NCBI GenBank assembly: GCA_963665215.2 | Contig: CAXXWW010000017.1 | Location: 289,761 to 353,760 of the forward strand | Direction of reading: 5' to 3' | DNA length: 64,000 nt | Source: Dehalococcoidia bacterium | GTDB lineage: Bacteria > Chloroflexota > Dehalococcoidia > Lucifugimonadales > CAUZJF01 | In this document: piece after piece, positions 55,915-64,000 of the stretch | Numbering within the stretch: the first letter of the stretch is position 1 | Layout: each line of letters begins with the position of its first letter | Program-made: the position numbers and the translations under genes | Notes under the pieces: model-generated | Seen by the model: only the letters and a program-made list of their open reading frames with translations | Database searches by the model: none | Told to the model about the DNA's origin: nothing

Positions 55915-56193
55915 ATGGCAAGGAGGAAGCATACGGCAGAGCAGATCATCAACAAGCTCAGAGAGGCGGAGGTGGCCATATCGGCAGGGAGTACGGTCGC
56001 TGAAGTCTCTCGTCAGATAGGGGTGACCCAGCAGACCTTCTACCGGTGGCGCACCGAGTACGGGGGGTTGAAGATCGACCAGGCTAGACGGCTGAAGCAA
56101 CTGGAGACCGAGAACGGTCGTTTGAGGAGAGCAGTGGCTGATCTGACGTTGGACAATCAGATACTGAGAGAAGCAGCGGAGGGAAACTTCTAA
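55915..56193 (+). CDS. IS3-family transposase OrfA
   Basis: MARRKHTAEQIINKLREAEVAISAGSTVAEVSRQIGVTQQTFYRWRTEYGG.., an HTH followed by a leucine zipper. Confidence 0.9.
   Translation: MARRKHTAEQIINKLREAEVAISAGSTVAEVSRQIGVTQQTFYRWRTEYGGLKIDQARRLKQLETENGRLRRAVADLTLDNQILREAAEGNF
56181..56187 (+). promoter_or_regulatory. Programmed -1 frameshift heptamer G GGA AAC of IS3 element Y
   Basis: The orfA frame reads GAG GGA AAC TTC TAA. A -1 slip yields ..EGKLLSPSRRRQCVEHVKEMFGVSERRAC, colinear with copy 1 (GKLLSPARRRRCVELARERYGISERRAC). Confidence 0.65.
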
Positions 56194-56216
56194 GCCCTTC
56201 TCGTCGTCGCCAGTGT

Positions 56217-57050
56217 GTGGAGCACGTCAAGGAGATGTTCGGGGTCTCAGAGCGACGAGCCTGCAAGGTGCTGGGCCATCCCAGGTCGACGCATCGGTAT
56301 GAGCCGATACCTGGAGAGGATGAGCAGGGCTTGACCGAGGAGATCGTAGAGTTGGCCAGTCGGTATGGCAGGTACGGTTATCGCAGGGTCACCGCTCTGC
56401 TGAGGATGGAGGGTTGGGATGTGAACCACAAGAGAGTAGAGCGGATCTGGCGACGAGAAGGGCTGAAGGTGCCGGCCAAGCAGCCCAAGAGAGGACGTCT
56501 GTGGCTCAATGACGGCTCCTGCGTGCGTCTGCGGCCCCAGGGACCGAACCACGTGTGGGCCTACGACTTCGTACTGGTCAGGACCCAGGACAGTAGAGCT
56601 GTGAGGCTGCTGACCGTCATTGACGAATACACCAGGGAGTGTCTGGCCATCAGGGCAGATCGACAGATCCGAGCCTCCGACGTAATAGAGACCCTTGCCG
56701 AGCTGATGATGATCAGGGGAGTGCCCGATCACATACGCTCAGACAACGGACCGGAGTTTACAGCCAGGGCTGTGCGGGAGTGGCTTGGGCGAGTGGGAGC
56801 CAGGACGCTGTACATTGAGCCTGGATCGCCGTGGGAGAACGGCTACATCGAGAGCTTCAACGGCAAGCTCAGAGACGAGCTGCTGGACAGGGAACTCTTC
56901 TACACGCTCTTGGAGGTGAGGGTGCTGACCGAGCGGTACAGGCAGATTTACAACCGCATCAGGCCTCACAGCTCGCTGGGCTATAGGCCGCCGGCCCCGG
57001 AGACTGTGCTGCCTGCTGTTCCACTCCCTGTCCTTGCTGGACTAACATAG
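56217..57050 (+). CDS. IS3-family transposase OrfB (expressed as an OrfAB fusion)
   Basis: 277-aa rve domain with HVWAYDFV, SDNGPEFTA, GSPWENGYIESFNGKLRDE and YNRIRPHSSLGYRPP. Confidence 0.9.
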   Translation: MEHVKEMFGVSERRACKVLGHPRSTHRYEPIPGEDEQGLTEEIVELASRYGRYGYRRVTALLRMEGWDVNHKRVERIWRREGLKVPAKQPKRGRLWLNDGSCVRLRPQGPNHVWAYDFVLVRTQDSRAVRLLTVIDEYTRECLAIRADRQIRASDVIETLAELMMIRGVPDHIRSDNGPEFTARAVREWLGRVGARTLYIEPGSPWENGYIESFNGKLRDELLDRELFYTLLEVRVLTERYRQIYNRIRPHSSLGYRPPAPETVLPAVPLPVLAGLT

Positions 57051-57404
57051 CAGGTGGTACAAAGATCGGGGGCAGGTCACGTGAGCGTGCCGGTCGTTGA
57101 CGGGCTCGCGGAGCGGAAGGTCCGACCGGACGAGCTCTTCGCCGACACGGCGTATGGGTCGGGCCGCAATGCCTTCGAAGCCTCGCGCCGGGGAACGGAA
57201 CTGGTGAGCCCGGTGGCGGGGTCGGCGCCGGGGAACTCGCACGAAGGAGAGGGTGACGGACCACCGCCGCTCACCGTCGCGGACTTTCAGATCGACGTCA
57301 CAGGGGAGCAGGCCACGGTGTGCCCCGCCGGCCACCCGTCCATCGAGGAGCACGAGTTGGAGGATGCGCCGGAGCGGGTAGAGGTCCACTTTGCCGGGAC
57401 AACA

Positions 57405-59038
57405 TGTGTTGTTGTTCTACGATTATGTCAGTAGCTAACTGGTCAGCGAAAATGTCATCCCATGGAAGGAGTGACATTGACGCAGAAGGAGCAGACGAGA
57501 CTTCAGGTGCTCAACAGCGTTCTGGCAGATCAGGTGGTGGTATGTCAGGCGGCCGAGGTCCTGGGAGTGAGCGAACGCCACATGAGGCGTATTCTGGCGG
57601 CCTATAGGAAGGAGGGCGCCGCCGCACTCGCCCACGGGAATCGTGGCCGCCGACCGGCCAACACCACGACAGAGACCAAGATGACTTACGTGGTGCAGCT
57701 GGCCCGCACTCGCTACGCTGGAACGAACCATACGCATCTGACCGAGTTGTTGATGGAACGGGAGGGGATCGACCTGAGCCGCTCTACGGTGCGCCGCATC
57801 CTGGTCAGCGCCGGCGTGGACAGCCCCCGCCGCCGCCGGCCGCCCAGACACCGTGTCCGGCGCAAACGCATGGCCCAAGAAGGGATGCTGCTGCAGATAG
57901 ATGGGAGCCACCATCGGTGGCTGGGGGAACAAGGACCCCGGTTCGTCCTGCTGTTGGCCGTGGACGACGCCACCGGCACTGTGCCTGACGCTCTGTTCAG
58001 CCAGGAGGAGGACACCCGCGGCTACTTCCTTCTCATGGAGGGGTTGATCCGGCAATGCGGGATACCGCTGGCCGTCTACAGCGACCGACACGCGGTCTTC
58101 AAGCATACTGGAGAGCCTCGCCAGAAGCCGGCCGGGCCAACCCAGTTCGCCCGCGCCATGGAGGAGCTGGGGATACGCCAGATATTCGCCAGGTCACCGC
58201 AGGCGAAGGGCCGGGTCGAGCGGACGGCGGGGACATTCCAGGACCGGCTGGTGACCGAGCTGCGCCTGGCGGGCGTCACCACCATCGACGAGGCCAATGA
58301 AGTCCTGCACCGCTTCCTGCCGCGCTTCAACGAGAAGTTCGGGGTTCCGGCAGAGCACTCAAGCGTTGCTTACCGCTCTATGGAGTCATCGGTGGCCCTG
58401 GACCAGATACTCTGCTTCAAGCACCGCCGCAAGGTGGCCAGGGACAACACCGTCAAGTACAACTGGCGTACCTTGCAGCTGCTGCCTGGTAAGGAGCGGC
58501 CTAGCTACGCCGGAGCGCAGCTGGAGGTCCATGAGGGCTTGGACGGTCAGCTCCTCGTGCAGTACCGGGGACGCACGATCCCCACACAGGAGGCGCCGCC
58601 GCGCCCTGGAGTTCTCCGTGCCTCCAATGGTCCTCTCCGATATGGCCCCGGCCTTGAGCGTAGGGTCAACGGCGTGGGCAGCCACCCCAAGGAGAGCTTG
58701 GCATCCCTCGACGCCATCGAGGCCGACAGCGCCACATTGAACGGCGGCGGCAGAGTTCGCAAGCCTCCGGCATCGCCACGCAGGAAACCCACGCCGCGAC
58801 AGAGGGTCCGGTGGAAGGCCGTGCAGCAGGCTAAGCTTCGGGGCCTCTCCATTCGGGCAATCGCCAGGGAGTTGGGCATCCACAGGAACACGGTCCGCAA
58901 GTACGCCGAAGCCAAGAGCCCGCCCATGATGCGCACCAGGGGCAGGTCCCGCGTATCACAGTCCGATGGTATGACAGCGGCCTAGATGGACATTTTCCCT
59001 GACCACTTAGGCGGACATAATCGCTGGACATCGACACA
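57405..59038 (+). mobile_element. ISNCY-like IS, copy 2, inserted in the IS1182-like transposase gene
   Basis: The host frame HFAGTTC/EPCPLRSRC is restored when the IS is removed. The junctions allow either a 3-bp (ACA) or an 8-bp (ACAACATG) duplication, depending on where the IS ends are placed. Confidence 0.85.
57462..58985 (+). CDS. ISNCY-like transposase
   Basis: 507 aa, differing from 38123-39646 at a few residues. Confidence 0.85.
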   Translation: MEGVTLTQKEQTRLQVLNSVLADQVVVCQAAEVLGVSERHMRRILAAYRKEGAAALAHGNRGRRPANTTTETKMTYVVQLARTRYAGTNHTHLTELLMEREGIDLSRSTVRRILVSAGVDSPRRRRPPRHRVRRKRMAQEGMLLQIDGSHHRWLGEQGPRFVLLLAVDDATGTVPDALFSQEEDTRGYFLLMEGLIRQCGIPLAVYSDRHAVFKHTGEPRQKPAGPTQFARAMEELGIRQIFARSPQAKGRVERTAGTFQDRLVTELRLAGVTTIDEANEVLHRFLPRFNEKFGVPAEHSSVAYRSMESSVALDQILCFKHRRKVARDNTVKYNWRTLQLLPGKERPSYAGAQLEVHEGLDGQLLVQYRGRTIPTQEAPPRPGVLRASNGPLRYGPGLERRVNGVGSHPKESLASLDAIEADSATLNGGGRVRKPPASPRRKPTPRQRVRWKAVQQAKLRGLSIRAIARELGIHRNTVRKYAEAKSPPMMRTRGRSRVSQSDGMTAA

Positions 59039-59586
59039 ACATGCGAGCCCTGCCCCTTGCGGTCCCGTTGCCCAGTGAAGCTGGACCGGCGTGCGGGGGA
59101 CTACGTCCTCAAGGCGGACCTGGTGAAGGTAAACATCGAGCGGCGCCGGAGGGCCGAGGCCACCGAGGAGTGGCGCAAGCGGTATGCCATAAGGGCCGGG
59201 ATCGAGGGAACGAACTCCGAGCTCAAGCGCGCCCACGGGCTTGGGCGCTTGCGGGTGCGAGGGGGCCGTCGGGTGCGGCTTGCCGTCTACCTGAAGACGT
59301 TGGCGTGCAACTTCAAGCGGATGGTCCATGCACGCCTGGTGGAGATGGAGAACACGGCTCAGCGGGCGGTCGGGACGGTACCTGCGGTCGCGGCCGCATG
59401 AGGGCGCCGCTCCACAGCTTCCACCGGGTGCCCTGAGCCACGGAAGGGGTACCGCAACGGGATCACGCTTGTCCTGAGCGCGGCAGATGGTGCGGTGAGC
59501 CCAGCAGCCGGCATCCCGTGGCCTCCTCCCTTCCAGGCCCCTTCGCACGCCAGGGTTCATCTCAAACAGGCCTTTTTGCGAGGGAA

Positions 59587-60750
59587 TCAACCTTGGAAGC
59601 CGCTGTTGAGGGCTATGAAATCCTGCTCTCGAACAGAGTTCTGAGAGTTGGTGAATCTCGTGATATTGGTGATTTCAGCTTCGTCGCTACGTACAATCTT
59701 GGTGATTACACCACCACGTCCGACTCGCTCTTTCCACTCACTGACGGCCGAATCGCTGCCAGTACCTCCGGGATTCATTCTCGGTTCCAGGACTTGCCAA
59801 ATGGTTTTGGTTGTCTGGCAACCATTTACAATATAGGGGTCATGGATAGCGACCTCTCCATCGTCCGAACGTGAGGAGTAGTCGGATACAACAATTGTGA
59901 TACCGTTGTTGTAAAGGCCGAATGTTTCCGGATTCTCGTTCAGAGTCCGGGCAATCCCCTTGTTGATCTTCCTATGGCCTCCAAGAAACTGGCGTACGTT
60001 CTTTCCGTACAATTGATTCAAGTCCCCGGTCAGATTCTTATAACTTCGCATGAACTCGAAAAGATCCAATAGGGAAACCGTACCCACCATCAGTCCGGGA
60101 GTCTGCTCAACGAACTGTCCTTTTACCGAGACGGATAAATGGGCCGCTTCAACGTAATCCAGGCCTTCCCATATTGTCTGGAGAGACACCTCCTCGACAT
60201 CGAAGATTGACTTTACCCGCTCTCTGCCGATGAGCTTTATGTTTTCAAGAGCTTGACGTTCCTGATTGGAAATCGGGTCTGTAGTTGCGAAGACTAGGAC
60301 AATTCTGTCTGCATGCGACGCTTGCTCGAGAAACAAGGCAAGCTTTTGCATTAACTGCTTGGTATCTTGAGACAGGTGTTGATTTTGACCCTGCAAAGTT
60401 GTGATGACCTTGTTGCCCTCTTTCAGAATCGTGTCGGTTCCTGCAAATCCAGCCCCATATTTGCTTTGAACCAAGTACCAAATGTCGCCCTCTTCTGAAT
60501 TATCATCGCGGCTGCCGGTATCAGTGTCGGCGCGTTTGAGATAGGCGATGTCAATCCCACCGTCGCCGGAGCCATCGCAAACCACGAAGTCCTCGTCGTC
60601 AGGTGTGACATCCAGCCATTGTGTAACTAACTTGGCTCCAAACCATCGTCCCTTCTCCAAGGGCGAGACTTGAGCTTCTACGATCTCGGTTAGCCACGCA
60701 TCTCGGAACTGTTCGTAGCTAACCTTGTCAGCTGCGTTAGCCGTTGTCAT
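59587..60750 (-). pseudogene. AIPR-family abortive-infection protein, probably 3'-truncated by the IS1182-like element
   Basis: It has DGSGDGGIDIAY, YNNGITIVV and PYIVNGCQTT, which are AIPR hallmarks. It ends 70 aa after IVNGCQT, and its TGA stop (59587-59589) is built from the last bases of the IS terminus. Confidence 0.7.
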
Positions 60751-60833
60751 TTACTCTCCTTCACCAGCCTCATCTTGCGTAGGAGTCAGCCAATGTGCTA
60801 TATTTCTGACATCCTAGCATAGAGGACATCCGA

Positions 60834-61430
60834 GTGGCAAGCCTCCCATCTCAGATCATGAGCCACGCCGCCGACTCGTCGGAGGGCACGCTGCTGTGCC
60901 CGAGTGCGTTGTTGCACTTGGGCGGCAGAGCGGCTGTGGACCAGGCGTTGTCTCGGCTTGCCCGAAAGGGGGAGCTCATGCGGATCTATCAGGGTGTCTA
61001 CGTCCGGCCCGTCCAGACTCGTTTCGGTCCTCGTCCGCCTGCCCTCGAGATAGTGCTTGCTTCACTGTCTGCGCTTTGGGGCGAGACGATTGTACCTTGT
61101 GGGGGGATGGCAGCGAATGCTCTTGGACTCACCACCCAGGTGCCTATACGGTCGGTCTACCTCACGTCCGGACCCAACCGCAAGCTGAGGCTCGGTGAAC
61201 TGGTGGTGGAGCTCCGCCATGCCCCTCGTTGGCAAATGACGGCACCACACCGACCGGCCGGCGAAGCGGTCCGTGCCCTAGCCTGGCTGGGTCCCAAGGA
61301 AGTAGTGGCGGGATTGGGGGCAATTGGGCGAAAGCTCTCTGCCGAAGATATTCGAGAGCTGGCTGCGTCGCGAGCTGTGATGCCAGCGTGGATGGCGGAA
61401 CCCGTGAGCGCGATGGTTGCCAATGGCTGA
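60834..61430 (+). CDS. abiEi: AbiEi-family antitoxin (type IV TA)
   Basis: ALSRLARKGELMRIYQGVYVRP and the overall size fit AbiEi. Its end overlaps the abiEii start (ATGGCTGA). The start could be the ATG at 60858. A direct repeat GACATCC lies at 60808 and 60825 upstream. Confidence 0.7.
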   Translation: MASLPSQIMSHAADSSEGTLLCPSALLHLGGRAAVDQALSRLARKGELMRIYQGVYVRPVQTRFGPRPPALEIVLASLSALWGETIVPCGGMAANALGLTTQVPIRSVYLTSGPNRKLRLGELVVELRHAPRWQMTAPHRPAGEAVRALAWLGPKEVVAGLGAIGRKLSAEDIRELAASRAVMPAWMAEPVSAMVANG

Positions 61431-62472
61431 CACGCTGTTTGAATTGCTCTCTCCAGAAGAGAGGCGGGATGCCTTGGAGGTAGCTGCTAGCCTCAGCGGA
61501 AGACGCGTGCATCTCCTGGAGAAGGATATATGGGTGGTGTATACGTTGCGCGCCCTCGCACAGAGCCAGTTCAGTGAGAAGTTGACCTTCAAGGGCGGCA
61601 CCTCCTTGGCCAAGGCGTATCACGCCATTCGTCGATTCTCGGAAGGCCTAGACGTCACCTACGACATCCGAGCCATCGCTCCCGACTTGGTGGAAGGCGG
61701 TGGGGAGGATGCACTACCAACCACTCGCAGCCAGGAGCGCAATTGGACGCGGGAAATCAGGCGGCGGCTGGCAACGTGGGTGGAGACCCGTGCACTGCCC
61801 GCTATCGAAGCTGACCTCGCTGGATTAGACCCGTCAGTACAGATGCGAACCAACGGTGACACGGTGTTGGTCGGCTATGAGCCACTATTCACGTACTACG
61901 ACTTCGTGAGGCCGGAGGTGACAGTGGAGTTCGGGGCGCGCTCGACAGGGGAGCCGCGTGAAGAGCGTGCGATAGGTTGCGATGCGGCTCCATACTTATC
62001 GGAGGTGACATTCCCTTCAGCCAACCTCTTCGTCATGTTGGCTGAACGCACGTTCTGGGAGAAGGCCACGGCCGTTCACGTCTTCTGCCGCCAGCAACGC
62101 AGCCGAGGAGAGCGGCTCTCCCGGCACTGGCACGATCTCGTCCGCTTGGACGACGCAGGCTTCGCCGAAAGGTCGCTCGCCGACCGAAACCTAGGGCTGT
62201 CGGTAGCACGACACAAGGCGATGTTCTTCCGGGAGAAGGACGCCACAGGAAGTTGGATTGACTACGAGGCCGCGGTCTCCGGCGACTTGCAACTCGTGCC
62301 AGAGGGTTCGTTCTATGAGGCCCTGGCTGACGACCACGAAAGAATGGTCAATGACGGTATGCTCCTCGGCGATGAGGAGACATTCCAGGAACTGATGCGC
62401 AAGTGCGAGGATATCCAAGGCAAGGCAAATGGAACCCGAGGCAAGGAATCTGGAGCCCATAAGACTCGCTAG
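61423..62472 (+). CDS. abiEii: AbiEii/AbiGii-family nucleotidyltransferase toxin
   Basis: LTFKGGTSLAKAYHAIRRFSEGLDVTYD and the downstream ..FWEKATA.. pattern are typical of DUF1814/AbiEii. Confidence 0.8.
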   Translation: MADTLFELLSPEERRDALEVAASLSGRRVHLLEKDIWVVYTLRALAQSQFSEKLTFKGGTSLAKAYHAIRRFSEGLDVTYDIRAIAPDLVEGGGEDALPTTRSQERNWTREIRRRLATWVETRALPAIEADLAGLDPSVQMRTNGDTVLVGYEPLFTYYDFVRPEVTVEFGARSTGEPREERAIGCDAAPYLSEVTFPSANLFVMLAERTFWEKATAVHVFCRQQRSRGERLSRHWHDLVRLDDAGFAERSLADRNLGLSVARHKAMFFREKDATGSWIDYEAAVSGDLQLVPEGSFYEALADDHERMVNDGMLLGDEETFQELMRKCEDIQGKANGTRGKESGAHKTR

Positions 62473-62485
62473 GAAAACCATCCGA

Positions 62486-63553
62486 ATGGTTAACACTCGC
62501 CACATCATAGACAACCAACAAGCCACGGTCGCAGAGCGTCTGAGGCGGCACCTCGGCGACGCTCATGCCTTTGACTTCGTATCGGCGTACTTCAGCATCT
62601 ATGGCTATGAGCTTCTTATGAACGAACTGGACAGCATCGATGAGGTGCGGTTTCTCTTCGGGGACCCAACTTCGGTCGAGGACCTGGACCCTGGGGCTAA
62701 GGACCCCAAGTCCTTTGCTGTCACGGAGAAAGGCCTGACTCCGAACCACACGATGCTACAGAGATACTTGGCAAAACGGTGCGCAGATTGGGTCAGGAGG
62801 GAATCTGTTGCAATACGGTCCGTCAGCCAGACCAACTTCCTTCACGGCAAGATGTATCTGGCCGGATCGGGCGACGAGCTCAGTAGCGCTGTGGTTGGCA
62901 GCTCCAATTTTACCAAGAATGGGCTGGGCGGCAGCGACCGCTCCAATCTGGAAATCAACCTAGCCGTAAGCGACGCCGACACCCTCGCTGAATTGCAGGA
63001 TTGGTTCGACCGGCTGTGGAAGGACACACAGCGCACCGAAGACGTAAAGCAGAAGGTGCTGGACGCCCTGGCCCGCGTTGGGAGTGACCACGCGCCGGAG
63101 GTGGTCTATTACAAGACCCTCTACGAACTTTTCCGCAAGGAAATTGAGGCCCGGATCGCGGGCGATGAGGGTTTGGTCGCCACAGGCTTCTACGACAGCC
63201 AAGTCTGGAATGCGCTCTACGAATTTCAGAAGGATGGGGCCAAGGGCGCCATAGCAAAGCTGCGCCAGCACAACGGGTGCATCCTCGCGGATAGCGTGGG
63301 GCTGGGCAAGACATATACCGCTCTGGCGGTAATAAAGTACTTCGAGCAGCTCAACGAGCCTGTGCTGGTGTTGTGCCCTCGTAAGCTGCACGAGAACTGG
63401 TCCCTCTACCAGGCAAGCAACGGGCACATTCAGAACCCCTTCCCTCAGGACCGGTTCAGTTATACTCTGCTGGCCCACACCGATCTGTCCCGGATTTCGG
63501 GCAGGTCGGGCAGCGTTGACCTCGCCAATTTCAACTGGAGCAACTACAAGCTT
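62486..63553 (+). pseudogene. PLD-like nuclease / SNF2 helicase fusion, 3'-truncated by IS1182-like copy III
   Basis: The PLD HKD motif is LHGKMYL..VVGSSNFT. SNF2 motifs I and Ia are LADSVGLGKTYTA and VLVLCPRKL. The frame runs into the IS terminus at 63554. The ATG at 62486 has an AGGAAA upstream. Confidence 0.75.
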
Positions 63554-64000
63554 GATTCCCTCGCAAAAAGGCCTGTTTGAGATGAACCCTGGCGTGCGAA
63601 GGGGCCTGGAAGGGAGGAGGCCACGGGATGCCGGCTGCTGGGCTCACCGCACCATCTGCTGCGCTCAGGACAAGCGTGATCCCGTTGCGGTACCCCTTCC
63701 GTGGCTCAGGGCACCCGGTGGAAGCTGTGGAGCGGCGCCCTCATGCGGCCGCGACCGCAGGTACCGTCCCGACCGCCCGCTGAGCCGTGTTCTCCATCTC
63801 CACCAGGCGTGCATGGACCATCCGCTTGAAGTTGCACGCCAACGTCTTCAGGTAGACGGCAAGCCGCACCCGACGGCCCCCTCGCACCCGCAAGCGCCCA
63901 AGCCCGTGGGCGCGCTTGAGCTCGGAGTTCGTTCCCTCGATACCAGCCCTTATGGCATACCGCTTGCGCCACTCCTCGGTGGCCTCGGCCCTCCGGCGCC
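63554..64000 (-). mobile_element. IS1182-like element, copy III (right end; continues beyond the window)
   Basis: It begins GATTCCCTCGCAAAAAGG and is near-identical to 55452-55846 and to the reverse complement of 59142-59588. Confidence 0.85.

Larger units (their letters stand above)
55847..57079 (+). mobile_element. IS3-family element Y, copy 2 (complete)
   Basis: The termini are TGACCTGCCCCCCAAGAACTGG and GATCGGGGGCAGGTCA. It is 1233 bp. The flanks GCC and CGT are not duplicated. Confidence 0.85.
57080..59588 (+). mobile_element. IS1182-like element, copy II (5' half missing; ISNCY-like copy 2 nested)
   Basis: The transposase pieces are 57081-57404 (..ELFADTAYGSG..VHFAGTTC) and 59039-59401 (EPCPLRSRCPVKLDRR...NSELKRAHGLGRLRVRG). 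The right terminus CCTTTTTGCGAGGGAATC ends at 59588. Confidence 0.8.

Overview
GC-rich bacterial DNA (judged by eye, not computed) in which insertion sequences have colonised and partly destroyed an accessory region. I estimate that about one third of the 64 kb is IS-derived.

Mobile elements:
- Seven copies of one IS256-family element, six of them full length. There is also a diverged, decayed relative and a remnant of a third IS256-type transposase.
- Two IS1380-family copies, each with a 5-bp target duplication.
- Two near-identical ISNCY-like copies.
- Two different IS3-family elements, two copies each, with recognisable -1 frameshift heptamers.
- Three partial copies of an IS1182-like element, plus two copies of a 161-bp MITE that shares its termini.
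- One IS481-like fragment.

Backbone genes between the IS:
- An ECF sigma factor (partial) and a zf-HC2 anti-sigma factor.
- ccmC, ccmD and ccmE, where CcmE has a Cys in place of the usual heme-binding His.
- A 5'-truncated recQ.
- A nucleoside deoxyribosyltransferase-like gene next to an intact SWIM/SNF2 helicase pair.
- A frameshifted acyl-AMP ligase-ACP-acyltransferase gene.
- An MBL hydrolase and recN.

Accessory genes:
- A large secreted S8 protease with a separately encoded prodomain-like protein.
- An IS-split HExxH lipoprotein.
- A collagen-like lipoprotein with four tandem Cache-like domains.
- An LRR-cadherin-FN3 surface protein fragment.
- higBA.
- Three dead large-serine-recombinase relics.
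- A 5'-truncated GHKL ATPase with a Shedu-like C-terminus.
- A defence islet of truncated AIPR, intact AbiEi/AbiEii and a truncated PLD-SNF2 helicase, bracketed by inverted IS1182-like copies.

I found one tRNA-like gene (Lys-UUU-like, with irregularities), no rRNA and no CRISPR array.

The non-obvious signals are the MITE family with AANNTT duplications, an unclassified dispersed and tandem intergenic repeat family with core CAGTACCATCTTCGAG, paired ATTGCA-N4-TGCAAT palindromes, and a tight cluster of small genes at 52.8-53.7 kb.

I did not find an intact multi-gene system that I can confidently call novel. The best intact candidates are the SNF2-SWIM(-NDT) cluster and the small-gene cluster. 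The most interesting defence-type genes are IS-inactivated.
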